DNA of 64,000 nt, from NCBI GenBank assembly GCA_976551045.1, contig CDPCPM010000285.1, positions 558,001 through 622,000 on the forward strand, written 5' to 3'. Below, one piece after another: positions 36,501-49,170 of this stretch. This DNA is from Glaucostegus cemiculus. Its lineage: Eukaryota. The position numbers were made by a program, and so were the translations under genes. Under the pieces are notes generated by a model. That model was not told the DNA's origin, searched no databases, and saw only the letters and a program-made list of their open reading frames with translations. The first letter of the stretch is position 1, and the number at the start of each line of letters is the position of its first letter.

Positions 36501-37943
36501 GGCATGGGATTTACGGGGCAAGTCCTTTGCATGATGCTCCACACACATGCAAGTCTGGGACTCTCCAGGATTTTCAACAGCAGAAACACTAGGAACATGA
36601 TAAGTGTCCACTTAGGCATGGTGGCAGCACTAATGGAGCTGGAATTAAACAGGAGACCATTCTGCTTATAGCTTCTCTGCCAGCTCCTTGGTGGTGATAT
36701 TCTACTTACCACCAACACTAATCATCAGTTAGGAGGGCAAAAGGATAAGGCCAGGTTAACTTCAAATCAGGTGCCCTTGAGCCCTGCATTTTACTAGCTG
36801 TTGCACATATTTTGTTTCTGCAGCCCTGTACATCCAATTATTCTGGAGGCTTGGCTGTTGTGGCCGTCCCATAAAGCAGCATGGGCCATACATCGTGACT
36901 GTCCTCAACAGTTAATCTTTAAGCTCTGCTCAGTACTATCCTGATGATCGTTTGTCAGCTCACCACTAACACACACTTTTGAACAGTTTTAAAATAATTG
37001 ATCAGAGCCATTTTAAAAATTGTTGAAATGGATTTAAAAGTAAACAAAGTTATTTAATAAACACCCTTAAGTGCTAATAATGAAAAACATTAAGTTTAAG
37101 CAAACTAAAAAAAAAATGAAAATAAACTACTTATATGCACTTAGCATTTCAATGAAGGCGAGAAAAGCCATTTGTGTGAACAGGGTTGTACTACATACAG
37201 CAGTCATCCCTGATGTAAAGCTGACAGGCCAGATGTTTTGCACCCATTCCCTCACCGCTGGACACATGTTCCACCCCTGGACTATGCCAGGTCTGGTGAA
37301 TGAACATCAAACAGAAGCAGGAATAAGCCATTCAGCCACTCATACCTGCTCCACCATTCAAGCACTTTCACCTTGCACTAACCCCATACACAATATCCCT
37401 TTGACATCTAAAAAAGGGAATCAATCTTAGTCTTAAATATACACAATGACAGAATCTCCTGTCTTCATGGACAGTTAATCCAAAGATTCAGTACCTGCTG
37501 AATGACAACATTTCTCACCTGTCCTGCACAGCTGGCCCCACATTCTGAGAGCATGAACTCTAGCTGCAGTCACCACACCCTACAACACCTAGCCAGAGAA
37601 ACCAACTCTCTATTCTGTTGAGCTTGTTGAGGTAATCCCTTTCTTCTGAAGGCAATGGGCCACAACATTTAAACTTTCCTCACACAACAAACCCAACCAC
37701 TCAAATCAATTTGGTGAACATTTACTGCACTCCCTCCACTGCAGATATATACTTCCTTAGGTGAGGAGACCAAAGCTATATCCCAGATGTCCCAGAGCCT
37801 TATATCAGGGCAAGGTATCTCTATCCTTCCATTCAAATTTTCTTGCAATAGAGGGGACTAGAACAATTTGTCTTTTAATTGCTTGCCAATTCTTCATTTC
37901 ACTTCTTGGCAATTTGTGCTAAAGGACACCAACACCTTCCAAC

Positions 37944-38185
37944 TTTTTTTATTTACAGCGTGGTAACAGGCCCTTTCGGCCCAACGAGCCGGTGCCACCC
38001 ATCTTAAACCCCCAAATTCACCTACCCGTACGGCTTTTAGAATGTGGGTGGAAACTGGAGCACCCGGAGGAAACCCATGCAGACACAGGAGAACGTACAA
38101 ACTCCTTACACCCAGCGACAGGAATTGAACCCCGATCGCTGGTGCTGTAACAGCGTCACGCTAACCGCTACACTATCGTGCCGCC
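37944..38185 (-). mobile_element. Full-length tRNA-derived V-SINE (HE1-like), nested in an older CR1 fragment
   Basis: Minus strand: A box TAGTGTAGCGG (38165-38175), B box GGTTCAATTCC (38121-38131), V-domain GGAGTTTGTACGTTCTCCTGTGTCTGCATGGGTTTCCTCCGGGTGCTCC, CR1-like tail GGGCCGAAAGGGCCTGTT, A-tail. Confidence 0.85.
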
Positions 38186-39204
38186 TTTCCCAATTAAATT
38201 CAATTTCTCGATTAAAGAATTTTAAAAAATCTTTCCTTAGTTTCTCAAGTGGATGACCTCATATTCCATATTATCCTCCACTTACCACGTGCTTGTCCAT
38301 TGACTGAGACTGCCCACTACATGGCAAGGTGTCTTTGCATCCACCTCACAATCCACAGGGCTACCCTGCTTGGCAGCATCAGGAAAGCTAGACATAGTGC
38401 ACTTGACTCCCTCATTATAGGAAGTAAATTGTAGGGGGCCCTAGACAGATTCCTGAGCAGCCTACTGGTTACACACTCCCAGTCATGACCTGTTTAATCC
38501 TCTTGCTTTCTGTTTCTTAATCAATCCTCAAACCATCCCAGTATATTATTCCCATAATGTGCACTCTAATTGTGTGTTTCATAACCTTTTGAAGATCCAT
38601 ATACATCAATTGGTTCACCGCCAACTGCTCTGCTAGCTACAACCTCAAAATTCAAAATGATTTGTCAAACACAATTCATAAATTCAGTCTAATGTTCTGT
38701 AAGGAAATGGAGAAGAGAAAGCAGACCCCCTCCCCCATCCAGAAATACACAAGTATTTTGTTTTACTCATTTCCTTCACTTGTAGCAGATAATTTTAATT
38801 CTTCTATCATACTTCCATCAGTAAATCTCTAGCACCATTTGGAGGAAGTTTTTGGAAAGAATATTCACTTTTACAGATCTATTAAAAGGTGCAGGACTTA
38901 AAGTAAATAATGAAAAAAAATAATGAACTGATCACCATTTTGTTTACCAAAATATCACAATAAATCTCAAATACTCATGTTTAAAATCTGGGCTTCTACT
39001 TAGACTGTCTTACCAAACTTGAATAATGGTGCAATTCTGTCAGATTTTGATCTGCCTTATGAGCAATGTCTACAAATAATTAAGACAGCTGCTTGTAACA
39101 TTTTGATGTATTGCAAAACACAAAGACCTTACTACTACGCTTGCCAGTTTCCTCATCTGTAACTGGACTTGCTGGAATTTTCTCCAAAAGTTCACAAAGG
39201 ACAA

Positions 39205-39705
39205 AAACAAACGGAGTTCAGCAGGTCAGCCTGTGTGGAGGGAAATGGACAACTGGCTTTTCAAGCTGAGACCCTTCAGCTGGACTTAAAGAGTAGAGGG
39301 GAAATAGTCAGTACAAGGAGGAGAGGGGCGGGAAAGAGCTGGCAAGCAAGAGGCGAGGAGAGGTTGATTGGCAGATGGAGTCTGGTGGAGGAGGGAAGGG
39401 GGCCAATAGCGACAGAGGCTGGGAGGTGGGGGTGGAGGCAATAAAAGGCTGCAGATTATGGAATATGATAGAAAGGAACCAAAGTGGAACCAAATGAGGG
39501 AAGCGTGGTAGGAACAGTGGAGGGAGGGGACTGAACAGGAGGAGTGCATGGGTGATGGACAGATGGAATAAGTGGGGGCAGGGAAAGAGACCTGGAGGTG
39601 GGGTGGGTGGGGGCTTCCTTGGAAAGAGTCTGTGTGGGAGGGCCTGGGTGGGCGCAAGAGAGAACGTCACCTGAAATTGGACAACTCAGTGATTCAATGT
39701 TCTCG
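39205..39705 (-). mobile_element. Decayed Penelope-like pLTR with ORF end
   Basis: Purine-rich on +; hammerhead core mutated (CAGCTGAAGGGTCTCAGCTTGAAA); ...TCCAATTTCAGGTGA matches the SNFR* end of the 20430 copy. Confidence 0.65.
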
Positions 39706-40129
39706 CCATTGGGTCATAGACTCACACACACCTTCACAAAGGACAACTTTTACTTTTAGCTCAAAAAAAGTTTCATAATTTAAAATCACAGGTATTCCAA
39801 TTATTTCCTAAAGCAAATAGCTTCCCAGTGTGTGTTTTCTATGCCATCATTTTCCAGTGAAGTTGCAGGCTTTCAAAGCAGATTGGAATGCTCAGAATGG
39901 CCAACTAAAACATTCAGGAAGTTGATGCACAGGTGCATGGTGGAATTTGCCTTGCATTTGAGACAAAATGGCTGAAGATCTGTCTTGTGCACAAAAGCTT
40001 GACCATCCAACCAGGCCAAATCATAATTCTATCAGCAAATGAAAATAAGAATGGATGGTGCAAATCAGACAGCATCTAAAAGAGCAATAACCTACTCAGT
40101 GATCCAAGTTTTGGGTTCTGTCATGACTA

Positions 40130-40500
40130 CAAGTGTACAACCTTGGTCCAAAGCAGGGCTTGAGATGAAATGAGGATGATTGCCCTTGACATTGAGACAG
40201 CACTGGACTGTGGGTTGCACCAAGGTGTCCTTTTAAAACTAGTTAGATGGAAAACCAACAGCTGGAGTCATATCTAGGACACGAGGAATTCAAGGCCCAA
40301 CCACTGCATCCATGATCTTCCCTCCATCCTACTGTAAGAGGTGGGATTGCTTCCTCAGATGTGTGTGGTGTTTAGTTCCTTTTGCAGTTTCCGAGATAAC
40401 AATGGAGACTGCATGGCAACCTCTGAGCAAAGCCTGTGCTGAGGAGTGGCCAGTAATATTGCCATCAGTTGTGTTTTTAGATGCAAAAACCAGCAACTGT
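40130..40500 (+). mobile_element. Decayed CR1/L2-group LINE RT fragment (related fragment at about 43340-43760)
   Basis: ATTGCCCTTGACATTGAGACAGCACTGGACTGTGGGTTGCACCAAGG ~ ALDIxxAFDxVWHQG RT motif; similar GCATTTGATCAAGTGTAGCATCAAGGAGCC at about 43420. Confidence 0.45.
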
Positions 40501-41153
40501 GGAGGTGCAGAGACTTAGTCCCTCACCCCCCAAAGCACAGAAATCACTTAAAGTGAGTGAATAACTACAAGTGTGGGTCTATTAGCTTTTCAGGAGATGA
40601 TACATTACCATCAACATCATGGCGGCCAGCCAAAGGGAACTCCACTTCAAGTACATCCCATTTGGTTCATTAAAGCTGAACTGGTGATGGTGAAAACACT
40701 GAATTGGTGGAAGTTATCCATTGGGTTCAATGGTGTTCTTCAGGGATGGATACTTGCCGTCCTTATCAAGCCTCATCTGCATGTGGTTCTTTCTGAACTG
40801 CCCAAGCAAGCCACTACAGTTATAAAAACTACTCCTATGAGCAAGCAAATTTGGATACAAACACAAATTTGGATGCTGAACTCAGTTAATGACTTCTGAG
40901 AATGTGCTAAAATATGGAATATCATCCCATCGAGCACCCAAGCAACATCCAACACCCACGGTCTCAGAATCACTTCTTTCAGACTCCAGCACATAAAACT
41001 CCTTCCAACAGGACAGATTCACTAAAGGCAGCATAACAGTCATTACACAACTGTAGTTAAAAGTGAGCCTGGGAGACCTCACCAAAGCCACAAGGCACCA
41101 TAGGCTGCAAGGCAAACATGATCACCACTTGGTGTCCCTTCTCAACTAATGAA

Positions 41154-41475
41154 GGCTGCAGGAGTACGTGCTGAGGGACGCACTGAAGCTGGGCACAGCC
41201 AGTGCAAGGGCTCGGTGGGGAAGGACGGCAGTCTAGGGTTCTTCTGCCACAGGAGAGGGAAGGGTGGGGGCAGGCGAGGAAGCCCCTCAAGTGTTGTAAA
41301 TATGTGACTGGGGTATCACCCCAGGGAGCCACACGGGTGGCATCGGTGCTGTGTTCTGTACATATAAAAAGGTAACACTAAGAATGGAACTGTACACGAA
41401 TGTAATGGTTTGAACTGTTTTTATCATTATTATTGTATATAGTTTTTTGTGAATGAAGTTTATTTTGTTAAAAAA
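41154..41475 (+). mobile_element. Tx1/L1-clade LINE 3' tail with poly(A) and 10-bp target-site duplication
   Basis: Close match to 54202-54532; flanked by AACTAATGAA at 41144-41153 and 41476-41485. Confidence 0.85.
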
Positions 41476-42239
41476 AACTAATGAAATCAGTCCTACCTCA
41501 TGACGAGCATTTTGTAGATTAAACATGAAGGGTGACAAGAATGAACACTGTATGCCATGTGTGGGACTTCAATGTCCATCACCAAGAATGACTTGGGAGT
41601 GCCACAAGTGACTCTGCTGCCCAAGTCCTGAAAGACATTGTGGGCTTATTGCAAATGGGTGACAGAGACAAGGTGAAGGGAAAGCAATACTTAACTTGGT
41701 CCTTACAAGTCTGCACACAGGCAGCAATAAAATCCCATCTCCATAATCAAGCTGCCAGCAGAAATGCAACAACATTGAGGACTCCTGCGAAGTCCCAATG
41801 CCTGGGAGCACACAAGTCTTGTGCAGACAGAAGCAGTGTACCATTTCTCAAGCTTCTCACTGACCTCTTCTCCAGCCACCTCTTTTCCCATTTTTTTTTG
41901 GGGAGGGGGAGGAAGAAATCAAGAGAGATGGAAATCCATGGCTCCCACATTGACCTTATTAGCCACCTCAGAACCCATAAAGCCAGAATGGAAGCCAATC
42001 ACCCTCAATTCTGAGGGACTGCCTAAATAGCTTCCACCACAATGTGCAATCAAGGCTTGGCACATTGGCCATCCTGCAATAACCAAGATCGGAATGTGAA
42101 TGTGGCTTTGAGTGCAGGAGAGAAGCCCTGGACCAACAGGTTTTACCTGAAAATGTAGTCCAAACGAAGCCAAAGGCAGCCTAAACATGGACACAATGTG
42201 CTGCAGAAAGAGCCAAGAAATTCCATGCAATTAGAGCGG

Positions 42240-42740
42240 GAAAAAAAAAGCTGAAGATGCTAGAAATCCAAAACTAAAGACTTGACAAGTAGCATCGTCA
42301 GGGGAGAGAAACAGAGTCAACACTTCCAGCCACGGCCTTTGTCAGAACGGAATGTGAGAAGACATGCACGTCTTTAACTGCAGACAGGGAATGGGATGGA
42401 GAAACCAGAGGGAATGCCTGAGAGAGGGTGCAAACCAACATTGTCAAGGTTACTTTAAAAACTGGTAGCTGGAGGTGCAAAAGAAAAAAAATTGTACCAG
42501 AAACTACAGAAATATTTTGATGAAGGGTGAAATGGTGTTCCCCAAGCATACACTGGACATCTTTGGAGCAATAAAAGTTGAAGACAGATCAGAATGGGAA
42601 AGAGACGGAAAGTTAGTGTGACAGGAGACCAAAAGCTCAGGGTCCTCCTTATAGACTAAACAGAGATGTTCTGCAAAGTAGTCAACCCCTCTGTGCTTGG
42701 TTTCTACAATGTGGAGGCCAATCGATTTGAACAAACCTCT
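42240..42740 (-). mobile_element. Older Penelope-like relic (GIY-YIG fragment plus pLTR)
   Basis: Minus-strand SIGLHIVETKHRGVDYFAEHL ~ CGLLYIGETKRRLGDRFAEHL; pLTR-end motifs at 42250-42350. Confidence 0.6.
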
Positions 42741-45017
42741 AGTTCTGTCATAACCAGCCCTATGAGACCATGGGAGATAGCTGCTTCATGGACATGCTCG
42801 TATTCAGCAATGACAGATTAGCACAAGAGTTTGGAACCACCTCTCGGGAAGAAACATCAGGTCAATCTGGAAGTCCCTGCCCGCACAAAAGTGCAGTCTT
42901 CCTCGTACTTCATAACAATGATGGTCATTTGGCTCAAGACCTATGCTAAGTGCTCAGAGCAATCCCATAATCACCTTTCCCCCATACATACTTATTACCA
43001 CCACCCACCCCACCCAATTCTCCTACCAGACATCTACACTTGGAACAATTTACAGTACTCAATTAACACAACAACCAGCATGCCTTTGGGATGTGAACAT
43101 ACTAGGACACCCCGTGACCTTCCAAATGCACACTTTGCTCCAGAACTGGCCACATTTCTGGCCAAACTGCCACACTCTGGCTGCCACAAGATACCTGCTG
43201 GATGCAGTAGAAAACTGCCCTCTGCATCTGGTTCATAAAATCTCTCAAGTTACCACTCCAGTTTACTCTCAATTATCAGCAGATTGGACGTGGGCAGTGT
43301 GGTGACAGGTGTTTCAGTACCTCTTGCACAAGACCTCATTACAGCTCAGCTTAAACATGGATGAAGGAACTAAACTCTGGAAGTAAATCGAGCAATCAGT
43401 TTCAATTGACTTTAAAGGTAGCATTTGATCAAGTGTAGCATCAAGGAGCCTTAGTAAATTGAACTCAAGGGAAAATCAAAAAGGTAAAACAGGAATCAAA
43501 AGGAGAACAAAGCTAGGTGGTGTGACCATTGGAAGCCATTATTAGCATCAGGTCCTTTTTAAGGAGTTCCTCAGGCCCATGGCCCAAACAACTTTAGCTG
43601 CTTCACTAAAAGCCCACCGAAAGGCCTTTATCCCTCAATGATTATTAACATTTAATTATATCCACAACTTCACAGATAGTGAAGCAGTCTTTACCCACAT
43701 GACGCAAGACCTTACAATATTCAGGCCGGGGCTGATGTCAAGTAACATTCAAGCAATGATCATTCCAACCACATCTCCTTAACACTTTTTACCATGGATT
43801 CCTTAACAAAGGCAGATAGATGGCATTAAGATACAGATCAGCATGATCAACCTGAGTGGCAGAACAAATGGGCTGAAGAAATAGCCCTTTTCTTTTCCCA
43901 CAGACAACAGTCAGATATTATCTCCAGAATGAGTCAAACTGCCTCCTGTGACATTGTGATATCAGTGGAGCCCCTCATATTAGAAGTGACCATTCACCAC
44001 ACATTCCACTGTAGCAGCCAAACAGATGGCGATTGGAATGGGTCAAAGTTACTGCCTTGTATCACTATCAACAAGGTAGAAGTGGCAATAAATACTGTCC
44101 CTGCTGACACCAGGCACCTACTGGGAAAGAAAACATATTCCCAATTCAGTCATTGGTTTCCGTTGTTGGTTTCTGATTAAATGCCATCCAATTTGCATAT
44201 ACTTGATATGCGACTTCCACTGGAAGACTGTTAATTCCAAAATCAACTCTATATTGATTCAACACAAACTGGTACTTTGCTACATTCCTAGAATAGCACA
44301 TGGTGAGGCAAGACATCAAACATAGTGGATGCCAGTAAGGGCCACGATGAGGAAATCTCCTTCAACGACCAGATGCAGCTTCCTCCCACGACAGCATTTT
44401 CTTCCTGTCTCTGCTCCAACCGCAGTCTCAGTTAGTTCACCTTTCTCTAACAGTGGCTGCTCAAGGTTCACTCTCCCTTCTTGTCATTGTCATTCGCTTG
44501 GAGTCCATTACTTCCATCATCTCTCTTCACTACTCTGCAAAATATGTACCTTTGCTCTACCTTTTTCAAGATGCATTATTTCAAAAAAAAAAATTGTACC
44601 TTACAAATAACTATAATTTTCCTTACAATTGTACAATTCCTTACTATCTCAAAAATCTACGCAAAGCAACTTTACCTGATACTATTCTAGGCCAAATGAT
44701 TTTCACATTTTCCCCTCCACATTTGTGTTTTCACTTATTTTTCCAGTTCTCTTTCCATCGATCAGACCAACTTAATCCTGATGAGTTAGTCACTAAGCAG
44801 CAAATGTGTAGGGGAAAAGGAAGCACTACACACTGTTGGGTATTTTCACAACCACACATCAACTAATACAAGTAGCAGGTATTTTCTGAATTTTTAATTA
44901 AATTAAGCCTCAACTCTTTAACCCACGTATGCACAGATCAATAAGCCTTTAAAGTATTTACAAATAGTTATTTTCAGCTAAATTGTGCAACCTGCAGCAA
45001 ACTGTGGCTTGTTCCAG

Positions 45018-45371
45018 TGAACTCCCAGCCCTGCAGCATGTGAAATTGGATAGGAAGCTTTGACAGTCAATGCTGCTGTGACTTGTCCTGGGGAAGCCTC
45101 TAATATGGGGGGGGGTCAAACAGAGTTCAGTAAACTGATGAACCAACACAATATCAGCTTTCTCAAGGTACTCCTTTCACTTATCTCAAATCCTGCTCGT
45201 TATTAAACTGATGGCTTACACTAAGTAAATAAAAGAACATTTTCCCCTGCCAAATGACCCAGACGAGGCATATGCAGAATTCTGCCGACAAAAACTGTGT
45301 TGGGTTGATTTAGACTGCTGCACTGCGACAAATACGGACAGGAGTTCAAAAGTTCAGATGAACCATGAACT
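45018..45371. promoter_or_regulatory. Candidate retinoic-acid response element cluster (DR5 + DR2 + DR1 + extra half-sites)
   Basis: GGGTCA-AACAG-AGTTCA (DR5, 45113-45129); AGTTCA-AA-AGTTCA (DR2, 45343-45356); TGAACC-A-TGAACT (DR1 on -, 45359-45371); single half-sites at 45018, 45139 and 45255; not in a recognisable repeat. Confidence 0.7.
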
Positions 45372-48300
45372 TTGCCATTTCGCAGCAGGCTACTCCAGAA
45401 ATATAGCCAAAAAGAAAAAAAGTGGCTCAAGTCCCTCAGCGCAATTTTTGTGGGCTTTAGGGAAAGTATGTTTGTCAATAAAATAATTTTATATCCCGCT
45501 GGGAGAGAGGCCAGGGGGAGGGGGGTTGGTTTGGAGGGGGGGGTGGGAAGAAGAGGAGGGAAGGAAACTATTGTAGCTGTGGATTTGCAGGGTAAGATTT
45601 GCTTTTAACCCTTGCATAGATTTCCCAATCACACACCCAGTAGATCTGCACAGATGAGCTGCAAAAGAAAATTCCGAGAGGTTTAGTGTTTTGGCTGCTG
45701 TGTTCCTGTTGCTGCAGCACTATTCATCCTGGGCAGGAAATCAGTGGAAAAATCAAAACAAATGGGTCATGACTTGCTTTATTTATTTAAGACCGAGCTG
45801 CATGTCATCCTGTGATGTGGCCTTGGCCCCAACTATGCAAAACAGCACTAAGCATAACTGGGCCAGGAATGATAACAAACACATGTTGTATGTGCCTTTA
45901 ACATTATGCACTTTCAAGGAAATCACTCATTCGGATTTTCAAAGGAATGATAACATGCACATATCTTGATGCCAAGAGAGGCAGCTACAGTAACCCAGTG
46001 GAACAAAATCCTACAAGACAAGCAGGCTAGAACCAATTTGTCAGTTAGCAGATACGTTTTGCCGTACTTGTGCACCCCCACACAAAAAAATAACATTTAC
46101 TTAGCAAAACCCTAACAAGGCTTCAGGGAATAATAATAGTGCAGATACAAGCTACAAGAGCTTTTTCCAATTAGATCTAAATTGGCCTTAAGTCAGAAGA
46201 GAGAATAGGCTATTCACATAACCATAAACTTGAAGTAGAGGATTATAAAACAAAACTAAAAGACCAAGTCTGAAAGGGCACTGACAAGTTTTTTTTAAAT
46301 CTCTTGGAAAGGAGCAAAAACCCACGCCATACTTTTGGGAAGAAAATAATGAAAAACATTGCAATGTGGAAAAGATTGTGGTTAGATCCTGATAGGAGGA
46401 AGGAGGAGAACTTTTAAAATTGTATAAACACAGGACACTGATGTGTATTTATTGACAATTATACCCCCTTCAGGTATCATATGATTAGATATTACATTTG
46501 AGGCTCAAATTCATACTTGTATTATTTTTACAAACAGAAACATGAGAAAACAGATTTTCAGAAGCCAAAACGTCACACTGCAAGTCCAGAAACACCATCT
46601 AAGGCTACCTTTGTGAAGGGGGCTCAGAAGCTGGCTCAGACAGTTAGGAATGACCTTCACCTGACTGGGGGTGACAGAATAGCTCGTTCATCACTCGTAA
46701 ATTACCATGAAATATAAACTTTGCTAACCTTTGTTTAGTAATTGGCTCCTATGGTAGTCATACCAAGGGTAAACTTAAGTGCATTCTACATAGTGGAGGA
46801 GAGTCCCTCCTCACATCAAACACAATAGATCTAACATTCCATTAAAGAAAGGAGAGGAAGTAGACAAACTGAACTATCAATAGGGTGTGACAAATGTTAT
46901 TCTGATTCATTTTGTTTTTAAAAAGAGGAAAAAATTACTCCCAAAAGAATTTCATAATTGTACCATGCAATGAAAGGGAGGTTGCAATCACTTTTACAAT
47001 ATAAATACTGAATCACAAAGAGCTAGTATTTTGAAGCACTGAATTGTTATTTTGTGGAATGAAAAGTGCAAGCAGATCTGTCTGTGAAGCAGTTCAAAAG
47101 GCACAATGGTGATAACAGAGAGAGGAAATATGGAACCAATTAAAGGATAAGAAATATAGCCATTGTGTCTGCATACAGTCCAGAGAAGAATTGGCTTTGG
47201 AACTATTGACATGTTCTGCTAAAGACCAAGTGGCAACAATAACACAGGCCTGACAGGTGCCAGGTTTACACACGTTTTGCTGGTTAGTTGTCTCAGTTAT
47301 ACTGGCATGACTACAGACATAGGAGTAAGTGGAGGGTGGCAGGACAGAACAAAATCTCAAAAATTCCTGCGTCATATACACTATCTTGCTTGGTACTGAA
47401 AATGTGTTCCCAAATACAAGAGTGGAAAGAGCGGAACAGTATGTAAGTTGTGTTTATAACCAGTGAAATCCCTGGGTTTGAACAGCTGTGTAACCCAAGG
47501 GGACACAGCAGCTTCCAACACAACCAGCAGGTGGCAGTGACACCCTCAGGAGGGTTCAGGTGGTCTCCCAACACATGGGAGGCAATGGTCCGCACACTTG
47601 GTTTGGGTGGGGTGGGGGGAAGCGACGGCAGGAGGTGAGGGCTGAGCCCCACATCTCAGTACCAAGCTGGCACACCTGGCCTGCCCAGAATCACCACAGG
47701 CAGCCTCTTCAAGCTGTGGAGGGCAGAGGCAAGCACCAAGTCCCAGCACAGAAGAGCACAGCTAATGTGCACGTCATTTTACAGTAAGGGAGGGGTATGT
47801 GGCCATGAAGGCCATGAGCATCATAATGAATCAGTACTGTAAATTAGGTCTTAGCAGCATACCAGTGTATCTATCCATTTGTATTCACTAAAGCTTGGTG
47901 AACATTTGTCCCTTGAGCAAGGTGGTGGGCACAACTATGCAAACAGAGGTGGCAAGGGTAAATTTACTGCAAGTATTTGAATCAAGATTCGATTTCACAA
48001 GGTGGAAATGCAATACAATTGCTACTGTTGCTTTGACACACTTCAGCAGAGGTATGCATAACTGATGAAATCAGTGCTCAAGTCTCGAAGCAAAGCAAAA
48101 TGGACATTTCAGGATTTTTAATCCAAGAAAAAAAGGGCTCAAATTGAAGTTTGACTCAAGGTAAACAAACATATACTGGGAGATTAGCAATGTTTTATGA
48201 ATGACTATTTCCTCAACCATTTACTTTCGCTGCATCCACAGATCCATGCATTGATGCATGCAATCTCTCCAATTACACTGACTTAGGATCTTAACTTTGT

Positions 48301-48984
48301 TTTTGCCCATACCTCCATTTCATTCTTCTTGTCTGGCACTTAATAACAATAAAGCTGTTCTTCCTCCTTTCCACCACCACCCCCACCCCAACTGCCTTCT
48401 TTGCAACCATGTCCTTCTCCTTCTCCTCTCTCGCCTCTGACCTTGTGGCACTTCTTTTGTTGGGAGAGGTTGCTTGACGAGATGCTGCAATCCAATTGTT
48501 AGCCACTCCCTCTAGTGGCCATGTGACCACCAAAATAAAATGGCTTCACAAACCAGCCAGTGACAACTGCAGAACTACCCATCTTGTTTTTACTTTCTAT
48601 CTGAAAGCACTGAACAGTGCAAATATTAATAACCTCGAGCAATCATCTCAGACGACACATTAAACTTCATCCTCTAACCACCTCAATTAATGTAGAGTTT
48701 GGCTCAATGGTAAGATCTTCTGTTGGTTTTCTTTCTAAACTCAACTTTATTTTTGGGCAGATGCCTTCCCACTACCCTCTCCCACACAACTGTTCTATCC
48801 TGGAACCCTTCCTTTGACCAATACTTCAGATCTTTTTGCAGCAACATGTTGGTATTAATTTCAATTTCTCTCACATCCCCCAAGGACTTGGTAGGTTATT
48901 TGGCCCTTGAGATAATCCCACTCCCCACTTACTTCCTTGTAACATACTTTTGCCCATTACCATCAACTCCACCCAGATTCTTCT

Positions 48985-49170
48985 CCTATACACCTACACC
49001 AGGAGCAATTTAAAATAGCCAGTTTACCCAGCATATCTTTGGTGTGTGGAATGAAACAAGAGCATCTGGGTGAAGTCATGTATAAACGCCATACAGACAG
49101 CACTGGAGGTCAGGACTAAACTAAGGTCATTGGAGCTGTGCAGATCTACCTGCTGCTCCACTGTGTCAAA
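48985..49170 (-). mobile_element. Decayed V-SINE-like relic
   Basis: GCATATCTTTGGTGTGTGGAATGAAACAAGAGCATCTGGG...ACAGACAGCACTGGAGGTCAGG...GGAGCTGTG resembles the SINE at 37944-38185. Confidence 0.45.

Noticed and set aside
38110-38185. tRNA gene
   Set aside because: The A/B boxes belong to the head of a V-SINE, followed by the V-domain and LINE-like tail.
39250-39290. Functional hammerhead in this pLTR copy (also about 26745-26790 and 42310-42350)
   Set aside because: Catalytic core and/or GAAA and stem III are mutated.
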